Part shown: positions 40,047-51,834 of the stretch, in pieces
How the letters are laid out: the number at the start of each line of letters is the position of its first letter
Numbering within the stretch: position 1 is the stretch's first letter
Assembly (NCBI RefSeq): GCF_009914755.1
Contig: NC_060935.1
DNA from: the human T2T-CHM13v2.0 reference genome, Homo sapiens
Length of the DNA stretch: 64,000 bases
Strand: one strand, 5' to 3'
Made by a program: the position numbers and the translations under genes
Notes under the pieces: model-generated
Told to the model about the DNA's origin: nothing
The model's database searches: none
Seen by the model: only the letters and a program-made list of their open reading frames with translations

Positions 40047-41269
40047 TATTAACTTTTTTTCTTTAGCAATTGAGTAGGAATTTTCTTGTTTTAATGTAAA
40101 TCAATTATTTTCAGCTATGTCACCACCATAAAATCAAAGCTAGAGTGCACAGATTTCATGCCCTCAGCTTTTTTCTTGATTCTTTCCATGGTTTTTTATG
40201 GAATTGAAGCTAACCCCTTTTGTCTCTTCTCCTCCCCCAGTGCAATGGAAGCACTAGTCTCAGGTAGGAAATCTCACCCAAGTGGAGAAAAGTGGAGCCC
40301 CAGAAAGGGGTGGTGTGTGCTGTATCTCACCATTTTCTTAAGTGTTTCCTCCCACTGCTGATCAAACCCTAATTATTGTTGAGACCGTGTGTGTGCCTTT
40401 CTCTAAGTATATTTATTCTGATGTGAAGTCATTTCTAGGAGCATAGCTGATATCGTTGAAACTGTTTGCTGAGTGCATTATCTTTTTTTTGCAAAGCATT
40501 ATGACAGTCTCTATCCAAATCAGCATTTTGCCTGATTCCATTAAGCAGTGGCCTAGGAAAAACAAAACAGGAAGCTCAGGCATGCTTATGCATGCTGGCA
40601 CATGCTTGTGTGTATATATACAAACATAGTATACATATATTTATATATTAGATGCCATGACATCTAGAAGGGATGTAACCCAGGGATTGGCTGGCTATTG
40701 ATGTACATATAATCAGGAATATTTTGATCTGTTAAGTTTATTTATATCTTAACTTTTTCCATTTTTACAATAAAATCATTTACATGAAGGTTGATACTGA
40801 AAAAGGAAATGAATATAATGAGTATCAGAACTAAAGAAACGAACAGGCAGTGTCGCGCATCAGCTTAGCTGAGAAATATATCCTTGCTGTAATTAAACAT
40901 CAAACTTGTCTCTGAACTTCCTCAATAGAAGCAAGTGCCAGAGGCTCTGCTCGCAGTGCCCCTCTGAGGGGCTTGCAGTCGCTGTCTGTGTGGAGGATTT
41001 GGGCACTTCAACATGGAGAGCCGCTCCTTCCTCCACTGCCCTGCCCAGGAGTGACAAGAACTTGCTTACGGCAGACTGTAGTGAGCAAAACTGAATCGCA
41101 AGGACAAAGAGCCCAACACATTTTCCTGAAGTTTAACTGTTTTCTAGAGAATAAAAGCAGGAAAGAACAGTTTTAGATTTGAGTATTTTCAGATTAAAAA
41201 TACTTTGTTATGAGTGGTGACATAGGGAGAATAGTGCTTTACCGAATACTCCTTATCTGTTATCTCTTC

Positions 41270-41435
41270 ATCAGGCATTATTTATATGATATATGATATC
41301 AACTCTTCCCAACAAGCCTAAAGAAATTCCACTATCATCACAGAGCAAAGAAAACTGAGTCTCTAGAAAGGCTGAAGAATTTGCTGACGGTCACCCAAGT
41401 AGTAAGAACCAGAGCCGGGATTTAAACTCAGATCC
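41270..41435 (-). mobile_element. MIR
   Basis: aaactgagtctctagaaaggctgaagaatttgctgacggtcac...cagagccgggatttaaactcag. Confidence 0.7.
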
Positions 41436-41479
41436 AATCAAATTCCTACAGTTTCATTTATTGAAGTGCAGAGCATTGT

Positions 41480-41713
41480 GTGTGCCGTAACGATGGGGCA
41501 TAGTCTCACTGCTGATGGTGGCACAGGCATCTGGGATATCACGTAGAGATCCAACCCGTGTGCCGTAGCAATGGGGCTTAGTCTCACTGCTGATGGTGGC
41601 ACAGGCATCTGGGATATCACGTAGAGATCCAACCCGTGTGCCGTAACAATGGGGCTTAGTCTCACTGCTGATGGTGGCACAGGCATCTGGGGTATCACGT
41701 AGAGATCCAACCC
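41480..41713. repeat. 78-bp tandem repeat x3
   Basis: Units start at 41480, 41558 and 41636 (gtgtgccgta...gagatccaaccc); only a few substitutions. Confidence 0.97.
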
Positions 41714-41984
41714 CTGTAACATCAAGGCCTCATAGTCAAAAGAGAAGACTATGTGAGGCAGAGCCCGTTCAAACAGAGGTCTTGTAAGAGAAGTGCTGCA
41801 GGCCCAGGGAATCTGTTGTGTCCAGGGAATTTTAAACCCATACAAGGACAGCCTGGCTGTTCCATTTTCTACGAAGCTGGGGAATAGTACTGAGTTCCTC
41901 AGATCATTCTTCTCCTTACTCTTTCCCATAATTTCAGAATCATGCAAGAGTCAAGAGATTTCACACTTTCCAGCACCCACATCT

Positions 41985-42150
41985 TTATCTATATTTATAT
42001 TTATATGTCTATATATCTATATCTACATTTACATCTATCCATATATCTCAGATCTATCTACATATCTACCTATCATCTAATCTATCTATTACCTATCTAT
42101 CTCTTATCTATCTATCTGTCAGTCCTCTATCTATCATCGATCTATCTTAA
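41985..42150. repeat. (TCTA)n/(TA)n degenerate repeat, probably within an MLT2-type LTR end
   Basis: tatctatc runs followed by ggttctctgcagagccctgactact. Confidence 0.8.
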
Positions 42151-44950
42151 ATATGTTGAGAGATAGAGACACTTACTCTCCAGGTTCTCTGCAGAGCCCT
42201 GACTACTAAGGGAAGTTACCAAATACGATGAGGGACAGGACGCATATTTGTGAGGGCAGAGGAGCATCTTATTTCCCAAGTGGAGTGTGGAGCCCCACGG
42301 AGCTCTAAGTGAGCCAGTGTTTCAAACCTCCCCAATGCGCTGTGTTCAACGGCTCCCAAGGAGGCATTGTCTCTACGTCTGGCCTGCACTACCACAACAA
42401 GGCCTGAGGCTTTGCATCAGAAAGGGCGTCCAAACCAGGAAGGCTGCGAAAGGAAAAGGGAGATGCCTTTTCTTGGGATTGCTGGGATTAAACCAGCTTA
42501 GAATCTGGATTTAAGTATAAAGGCCACATGGCTGCTCTCTCTGCAAGGTTTGAATTTGCTCCAAACTGAGAAGTGGACGTGCCTCCCGGAGCAGGTTTAT
42601 CTTGAAAAGGAGAAACAACTGGGGTTAAGCTGAGTCTCTCAGGAGGCCAAGAGTACTTCCTTTCTGGGTGGGGCTTGTGTTGTGTTGGCCCCCAGGCAGG
42701 GGTTCAAATGGCATCTCACTTCCCCATCTCTCCAGCGTGTGGGCTGGCATCCACGGTCCTTCCTGCTTCTCTGCTCATCATGGGGAATTGACTCAATTCA
42801 GAACATTGGCCAGTAATTGTCTCAGAAGGTGACAAGGGCAGCCTGTGCAGTGGCTCAGGAAATGGGAAGAGGCCTCATTTCCTGCATTTGGATGGATGGA
42901 CTCAGCCTGAATTCTGTTTGGAGTGGAGTTTGACAGATGCTTATAATAACTGTCTCTTACACTACACAAAATCAGCAACTGTCTGTGCAGGAGACTGGCT
43001 GTGTTCCATTTGCTAGAAAAGAAGCCAGAGAAAATAGCCCTAAAAATCAGCATGGAGGGTTTGGATTAGCCAGTTGAGGTCTTTTCTGATGTGGGTAGAC
43101 CGGGAAAGCCTTTTTCAGGAAGAGGGAGCACCTCCTGCTTGGTGCCTCCGGAGTTTGTCACACCTGATATTATAAAAGGTCTTGTCGGAAAGGACCAGGA
43201 ATGAAGCTCCCATGCAGCGCATGGCAGGCACATCCTGGATCCATGCAAGGTGATTTATGTGTGGTCACTTTCCTGCATCTGGCAACAACCCTGAGAGACG
43301 ATGCAGGTGATAACCTCCGAGATGACTGCACAAGCTCGCATAATCATACACACAGAAAGATTAATGGTTCACACTCACAGGGCCCTTGTGATTTGCCAGG
43401 AAATTCTCTAAGCAGGAATGGGCAGGACAGAAGTGTTGACCTTCAAGCCCAAGTGAGAGCTGCTACTTATCTTTCCCTGAACCCAGTGCCCCCCTACTGG
43501 ATGTATGCCTTGGACAGAAAATAAAATCTGCAGGTGAACTGAAAGTTAGTTCCAAACAGCCCTACCTAGGGACCCCTCTCCTTGGCAAACAGAAAAAGGA
43601 ATACTTCTCCTTGTTCTGCAAGAACATCCCTTGTCCTTCGGTGAGACACTCAGAGACCAGCAGGCAGGAGGTGAGGCCAGTGTCTCCAGCCCAAGCAGCA
43701 GGAGTGAGTGTTGACAGTCTGGGGTTGAGGAGCAGTACACATGCATCGGTTGGAGCTGCTTTCAGCAGCTGATGAAATAATCACTGGCCAACAGTAACTT
43801 AGACAAATAGCACTTTCTATTTTTCACATAATGAAAAATCAGAAGGTAAGTGACAGCTCAGTGGTGTCAGACCTAAATATCTGCAGTTCCTATGACTTCT
43901 TCCACTTTGCTTGTCATATGGTTGCCAGAGCCCTGGACATTACATCCTCATTCAAGGCAGAGAGAAGTTGAGGGAGGAGGAGGGTTTTTTCTTTATCAAA
44001 AAGGCAAATGTTCCCTGGCATCTCATGACTAAGGGTTGGGTCGCATGGTGAAACTGAGCTGTAAGGCTGAGTGGGTCACTCCCTAGGCTTCGTAGTGGAA
44101 AGTCACTAGAGGGAGAGGAGGCTGAGAATAGACACTGGTCAGTCAACTAGGAAACCTAGAGACTCTCAGGAAAGTGCCAAGAAAATAAATTTTACAAAGG
44201 GATGAGCTCCTGTTAGCTAAGGGAAGATAGGAGGGGAAAGTTGAGTTATCTCAATTTAGACATGAATGTGACCTTACTTGCCTCCCCTCTGCTACAGAGA
44301 CTTTGGGCTCTTTCCAAAAAGCCAGTTCTCATCTTCCTTAAGGGTGAGCTCTTCCAATGCACTAAAAGGGACAGCCCATCCCTGCCTCCCTTCCCTCATT
44401 TCTTCCTACTCATTGATGCACCCATGCTAAAATCACCTTCTCCTGGCAGGCAGGGCTCTGCATCAGCCCACTGGTTGGTCTTCTTGTGTCTAGACTTGTC
44501 CACATGAGCCTGCCCTCTGTATGATATCCAACTGGATCTCACTGAAATGCAAATTTGACCGTGTTACCCTGGTGCTTCAAATCCCTCAATGCCCCACCCT
44601 GATCTCCTTGAGGGCAAAGTCTAAGCTCACAGGCACAGTGCACATGCCCCCTGGACAAGGTCTCCCCGATACCCACTTTCCCTCCAGTCTTGGCACTCAC
44701 CATGGCACAGGCTCCCTTCATGCCGCAGATCTGCATGTTGTTTTGCAAACACCCATGCAGGCAGGACCATGCTGAGAGCCAGGATCTGGTGTTGGCCCAG
44801 CTGGGTTTGAAACCTAGCCCTGTCTTACTAGCAAGATGAGTGAGGGCAAGTATTCTACCTCTCTGTGCTGTAGGTTTTGCAACTCTTACCAGGAGACAAT
44901 GTTTTCTCCATAGGCTGTTTTAAGGATTAAATGTGTTTAGTCACCTAAGG

Positions 44951-45262
44951 CAGCAGTCCCCAACCGTTTTGGCACTAGGGACCGGTTTCATGGAAGACAA
45001 TTTTTCCATGGACAGGAGGGTGTTTTTGGATGAAACTTTTCCACCTCAGATCATCAGGCATTCATTCTCAAAATAATCACATAGCCTAGATCCCTCACAT
45101 GTGCAGTCACTCCTATGAGAATCTAATGCCGTGGCCGACTTGACAGGAGGCTGACCTCAGGTCTAATGCTCGCTTACCCGCAGGTCACCTCCTGCTGTGC
45201 GGCCCAGTTCTTAACAGGCCTCTGACCAGTACCAGTCTGCAGCCCAGAGTTGGGGACCCCTA
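44951..45262. mobile_element. MER1B hAT-Charlie element inserted in a MIR
   Basis: TIRs cagcagtccccaac / gttggggacccct; perfect 8-bp TSD ACCTAAGG (44943-44950, 45263-45270). Confidence 0.92.
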
Positions 45263-46229
45263 ACCTAAGGCACTTAGAGAAAGCATGGCAAGTTTTCATT
45301 GGCAAGCACCCCCTGTGGCTGACACCTTTCTGCACTGCAGGCCCTGGCTAACAAGGCTGAAGAGTGCATTTGGGCTCAGTTGGACCAGGACTTGAATCCC
45401 AGGAGCACCTGGTACCAATAAAGTAATATTGAGCTTCAGTGTCATCAGCCATAAAATGTGAATAATAATAATTCCCATCTCATGGGGTGGTGGTGGGAAT
45501 AAAATGAGAACATGTATTTAAGCACTCAGCATGGTGCCTGGCTCACAGCAAGGACTCAATAAACATTAACTGTCCCATTCCTATCAATGCCATGGGGACT
45601 CCACTCACGTGCCTTTTTCAGGAGGATTTCCCTCTCTGCAATGGCTGCTTCCCTTTGCCTGTGCTGAGAGAGCCCTCTAGTGCAGCCCTTGTCACATTCC
45701 AATGGAAATGGGCTGCCCGTTCCTCTCTCCTACCAGAGCGAGACCCTAAATACTCCCAGCGCAGAGACCTGAATCTTCTATCGTGGTGGATTTGGCCATA
45801 TCTTGTGTCATAAAATAGGTGTTCTGCTGAACCAAAAGGAATTTCTCCATTAAGAGCAACTTAATTAAATCTTCTGATCAAGTGAGGTTCTTCATATTAC
45901 AAGGTAGAAATGTCAGGAAAAAAAAAACCTTAGTGATGCCTCTGTCTCTTTGCTTACAGACCTTAAAACAACCAAACAAGCAAACAACAACAACAAAAAA
46001 ACCCAGAAAGTTGTTTGGCATAAGAGAATGGACAGAATTCTGTGTAATTCTTAGAATCAATGCCAATTAATAGACTGTGACTGTGCTGAGAAATCATATG
46101 TAAAACACACTTACAAAGGGTTTTAGAATTTACTTGAAAATTGCCCAACTGTTTTAGTTGGTTTTTGGAAAACCACCACATAGAGTTAGTGAAAATCTGG
46201 AACTATCTTTTTTTTTTTTACAAACACAA

Positions 46230-46440
46230 CATAATATTTATACTGAAATGCATTTTCCTTCAAAAGCCTTCTCCCTATGAAGGCCGCTCTTATAATCATG
46301 TGGGAACCAGCCCCTTTGGCACTGCCTTCAGCAGCACATTTGGTCTTGTCTTCAGGCACAGTTTAACTTTTTATGGGGTGTTTGATTTTGGGAAATAATC
46401 AAAATCTTCTGGTGCCAAATCAGACAAGGTAAGGAATCAG
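46230..46440. mobile_element. MARNA-like mariner non-autonomous fragment
   Basis: tttggcactgccttcag...tttgattttgggaaataatcaaaatc...gccaaatc resembles the recalled MARNA consensus. Confidence 0.45.
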
Positions 46441-46854
46441 GATGCCAGACAGACAAGATGAAGGGCCAGATGTGGCCACAGAGTGATGGGGCTGGGTTCT
46501 GTGTGCAGTTCTTAAAACAGATATGGGAGGCTTGTGTGAAAGAAAGTCTGGGATGACTGGTTGAGTAGGGAAGGAGATTGACTGCAGATGTACTGAGTCA
46601 GAAGCCTGGACCTGCCATCCATGAGCTGTATGACTTTAGGAAGCCCCATTTCTTCATCTTAACAGTGGGAATAACATCACCCTCCTGCAGCATCATATCA
46701 TGAGTTAGAAATAAACATGTATACATGTGTAGCATGTCTTGGTGCTAAACACAAGTAATTATTAATTTAAAAAAGTTATGAGTGGCACCATTGGAATTAA
46801 GTATATAATCTTCCAAAAGGGTGATTCTTAAAGATAGCATGTACCTAGCTATAA

Positions 46855-47200
46855 CATTCATTTATTCATCGACTCTATTTTTCAACAAATGTACATTGAG
46901 TACTTATTTCAGACCTAGTACTGTTTTAGGTTAGGATATAATAAAATTATGAAACTAACAAATCCTTTGTCCTTCTATAAACAAAATAATATAAAATAGT
47001 GTATCAACAAAATGATATTAACAAACCTAAAATATAATAAGGAGAATTAAGAAGAACAGTAAGAGAGCTGCTATTTTTATATAGGGTGGTCAGGGAAAGC
47101 CTCCTTAGGCAAGGAAAACCTGAGCACATTCAGGGAACAAGCAGAGACGAACCATGTGGACCTCTGGAAGAAGAGAGTTTCAGGTTAAGAAAAGAATGGG
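46855..47200 (-). mobile_element. L2 3' fragment
   Basis: cattcatttattca...ttcaacaaatgtacattgagtactta...agggtggtcagggaaagcctc. Confidence 0.7.
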
Positions 47201-47232
47201 GACAAAAGTTTTGAATATGTTGTGTTGTAATA

Positions 47233-47700
47233 AATGGATGGATGCATGAATAGATGGATGCATGAATAGATGAATGCATGGTTGGATGGATAGATGAATG
47301 GATGGATGGATGGATGGATGGATGGATGGATGGATGCATGGATGAATGGATGGATGGACGGATGGATGCATGGATGGATGGATGGATGGATAGATGGATG
47401 CATGGATGGATGCATGAATGGATGAATAGATTCATGGATAGATTTATGGATGGATGGATGGATGGATGGATGGATGGATGGATGGATGGTTGGAGGCATG
47501 GATGGTTGGAGGCATGGATGGATGCGTGCATGGATGCACAAATGAATAGATCCACAGATGGATGGATGCATGCATCGATGGATGGATGGATGGTTGGAGA
47601 CATGGGTGGTTGAGGCATGGATGAATGAATGAATAGATGGATAGATCAATGGATGGGTACATGGATGAATGGATGCATAGATGGATGGAGGGATCATGAA
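47233..47700. repeat. Degenerate (GGAT)n/(GCAT)/(GAAT) repeat, ~470 bp
   Basis: Direct reading. Confidence 0.97.
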
Positions 47701-48324
47701 TGAGGAGTTAGAGAGACAGAAAAATTATTTAAAGGAAGGGGATCACACCGTGTATGCACACCCTAAAAGGGCTGGTTCTGCACTCAGGTGCTCTCTGGGA
47801 CTGTGGAATGCTAGACCACGCTGCACTGTTTCTGCTGCCTCAAATGGAATGAATTTACTATAGGGCAGTTGCTAATTCTCATCACTGTTCTCCAAAACAG
47901 TGGACATGACAAATCTTCTCATTTTTTTAAGTCTCACACATTTCACTGTGTGGAGGACCAGCAATCTAAATGTCAATGTCCTAGTGGCCACACTTTTCTA
48001 GTATTTCCAATGTGCTTCTCCAAGCCCCAAAGGATCAAGGCTTGAAAGAGGCATTCACCTCACTTGGTCATCCAGCTCTAGAGACGATGAAGACGGTCCC
48101 AGCCCACCTCCCACTCAGATGGCAAGCCACTTGTCTAGAGAGCACAGGGAAGTGTTGGAGAGAAGAACATATTCTGTAACCACAACCAATGAAACCACAC
48201 AATAGCACAACAGGGCCTGCACTGAAGACAAAAGTAACTGTTGACTTGGCATTTATTTCTATTTAAGCATTTGGAAAACACAGACCCCAAAGGAAGCACC
48301 CGTGTGCGAGTTAGGAACATAAAT

Positions 48325-48542
48325 TTGATTTATTTATTTATCTTGAGATAGGGTCTTTCTCTGTTGCCCCGGCTGGAGTGCAGTGGTGCAATCTTCCACA
48401 CCCGGCTAATTTTTGTATTTTTTGTAGAGACAGGGTTTCACCATATTTCCCAGGCTGGTCTCGAACTCCTGACCTCAAGCCATCCACCGGCCTCGGCCTT
48501 ACAAAGTGCTGGGATTACAGTCATGAGCCACCGCGTCCAACC
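48325..48542 (-). mobile_element. Alu with an internal deletion in the right arm
   Basis: gtggtgcaatctt joined directly to ccacacccggctaa. Confidence 0.9.
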
Positions 48543-51500
48543 TCAAATGTCTTTTAGAGCAGGAACTGGCAGTGGTGTGGAAGCCAGGGAAGCATGTGGA
48601 GGCTGTGAGAACTGCAGGGGTGGGTGCAATATGGACTTTGGGTGTCAGGACCCTGCTATGGTGCAGAACTGACAAGCGGCCGACACTCAGCAAATGGCCA
48701 GGAAGGCTCCCTGCAGTGTCACAGCCAGGCATTCTGAGCTCCAGGAATACAGAGGTACAGAGACGTGTGGGGGAAGCAAAGAAGAGCAGCTGCTAGAGCA
48801 TTCGTTCTGCCTCCACACCTCACCCGCAAATCCAGCCTGTGGGTTTGGTATCGTCTGGGGCCACGGGCTGGGGTGGACCTGGCGATAAATATCTCCCCTG
48901 CCTTTTCCAGAGATGTAACTGGAACAGGTGTTGGATGTGCTCTGTGAAATTTACATGACCACCCCTATCCGTCCCTAACAATCCCCTCAGAGAGTTATTG
49001 CATCATTGGATAACGAGTCTCTGACCTCACTTGGCTCGCAGTGTAGACCTCTTGGCTCACTGCCAGGAGGAAGGAACAGGGTGCTGAAGGGAGTGCACTG
49101 GCACCAGAGGCCCAGTACTGAGCACAGCAGACAGAAGGAGGAACCCGACCATGCCACCGGGGCCGACAAGGGACTCATGGAAGCTGCTTCTTGGCCCTCC
49201 CTCCTGGGTGAGGATCTCGAACCCTCAGATGGGCTCTGGCCTGTGCCTGCAGGCCTCCCTCTGTGACGTCTGTAGGACCTACACCCCACCCTGCAGGGGT
49301 TGCCCCTGGACTTCCATAGCTGGGTCTCAGGAGTGGGAAGTGGAGTCACCAGCTTGCAGCCATCTGGGAAGTGTTCCTATTGAGGGGTGGCGTGCAAGAG
49401 AGCCATCCCCTTCAGCTGTGGAAACTGAGGCACAGGAGACTAATGTTGTCAGGTTCCAGTGAGCATCTGTTGTACTTTGCAGTAGCAGACAAATGGGGTA
49501 TCCACTGAGGAGAATTTTGGAACAGCCAGTGGCTTGGTTATTAAGGGGTGTGGGTGAGTTGGACTGGGGGCTGTTGCTTTATGTGACCCCAGCAACACCT
49601 TAGCAGAACCCGGCTGGGCCACTTTTCTCCATGAAGCTGCTCGCACAGCACAGGCCTTAGAGGGGGCACAGTGTAGCTTCAGCTGCCCATTCAAGAAGGA
49701 CCCCCTGCTGCGGGCCTGAGGAGCCTGGAGAACAAACCTCCGGAATGTGCCCCACTTCCTGGCTCATGGCCTGCTCAGCCCCCGCCCCTCCCACCCCCGG
49801 CACTGGTGGCTGGGTTCGGCTTCTCCATCTTGGATGTGGTGCCTCTCTCCACTCACCTTGCCAATGACAGAGTGATCGTCCTAAAGCCCAGCACTGGCCT
49901 TGCCACTGTGCCCAGAACCCACCATGTCCTCCACTGTCCAAAGCCATTCAGGCCCCTTCCAGTCTGTTCCAATTGCATCCCTTCTTCCCCAGACCACAGC
50001 CAGAGCCCAAGCCTTACTTTCCCAATGCCTGATGGGAACGCCCACCCACTGCCAGGCTGAACAGGGGCCATGTACTCTGGTCTATTCTGGGTTGTCCCCA
50101 CAACTTTATTTTGCATTTCCTCATCACCACTGCCAAACCCCCAAACTCTCCGTTTCATATTCTTAGGTAACCATAAAGTGCAATCTTTCCTAGATGGTTC
50201 TGATATAATTGTTAATAGCATCCTTTTCATTCACAAAAATGTCCAACTTAGGCAACAGATTCTATGGGCGTTCTACAGACACACCCTTGGCCAGTGGCCC
50301 CCTCAGGCCGGTGAGCAAAGGGGAGCCCTGCTCTGTGTCCTACCCCACTCCCAAGGCCCAGCTGAGTGCCTTCCCTATCACTCCCTTCGCCGCCCACAGC
50401 TGTGATCTCCCCATTGATGACCCCATGGTGCTGGGTGGCAGGGGTGAGAGCACATGGTTGATCGTTCTTCTGAAGTGCATGTGAAAGGCTGTGTAAGATT
50501 ATGGAGCATCTTTCTGGGTCCCACCCTATTTTCCAAGAATCAGTCACCAAAAAAAGTGCTCTGTGGCCACTCAACCAGGCCAGGAGGCCCCAGGTCCAAA
50601 CAGGGCCTTCAGCTGAGGGCAGGCATGGCTTCAGTCATCAGGCCCTTCCTAGGCTGCAAGATCGGACAATGTCACAGAGCTAGGGCAATGTCCACCCCAG
50701 CTCCTCATGGTCCACCAGAGCAAGTGTCTCCAAGCCTGTGGATGCTGCTGAAAGTCCCAACCTTTCTGTCTGCTCCTGAAGGCAGGCAGGGCCAGGGCAG
50801 CCTTGCCGATGCACCGGGGGCAGAGCTGAGGCAGGCATTTGGGCTTGATTAAGCCCCAGACCTGCAGAGTCCCACCCAGTGCTCTGTGATTCTCTAGAGG
50901 GATCCTGAAGGAGCCAATGGTGGCATCAGAACTGCCCAGGTCCTTCAGGCCACAATGAACCTTTGGAAGCCTTACAGGCTGCTTGTTGTGCTGGAGTCAG
51001 ACGAGGTGCTGGCATCTAGGGATGGGAAAAGAGAAGCGAAAGAGGACAGTTTTCAGTACTGGTTCACTGCCTTCCTGGTTTGCCCGGGACCCAGTACTCT
51101 CCCCAGCTCCACCTCCGCAAAGGTCACTCACTGCATTTCTGTCCAAGAGGCTTTTGCCACAGGCTTTAGTTTTCACTGAGGGCTTATTCCCAAAAAGAGA
51201 ATCTCAAATGCCTGGGGAGGCAGCTATGGGAGAGAAGCACTTGCCAAAGACTGCTCAAGTCTCCCTAACGGCCCTTGAGCCTAGACATAAGAAGGCCAGG
51301 CTGCTGGGTGAGTCAGCCCTACCTGTGGCAGATGCCAATGGCTCCTCTGTGCCCAGGAGACCTGGGCAGTAGGAGGGAGGTCTCCCACCAGCTCCCACCC
51401 CAGGCTTATGTCCCAGACAAGACAGGAGGCAATGAAACTGCCTGGGTGTGACTCCTGCCAGCCTCTTCCTCAGGAAGGGGAATTTAGCAGGCTTGGATCT

Positions 51501-51834
51501 GGCAGAAAATGACTTCCCAGGCTCCTTGCACACCTTTCCCTCCACACAGGAAGCCCAAGTGGAGCTGGGAACTGAGGCAGAGACAGGTCTGGTGGGCCAC
51601 GCTGGGAGCCACAGCCCTTATCCCCAGGGCTGCAGTGTGGGGGTCTAGGTCCTGGAGCAGGGAGGGGGCTGTGGCTCTGAATATCCTTGTGCAGGATCTG
51701 GTGCTCAGCTGAGATCCAGAAAATGCTTCCCTGTCTGCTAACCCAAGCCCGTCTTGTATCCAGGGCCCCTTGCCATGTCTTTCCTTCGTGGAAATGTCCA
51801 AAGCAGGCCAGGTGAAGCTAAGAAGAGAAGAGTA

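Noticed and set aside
40845-40872. aggcagtgtc...ttagctg resembling miR-34/449
   Set aside because: The spacing does not match the mature miRNA and no complementary arm lies nearby.
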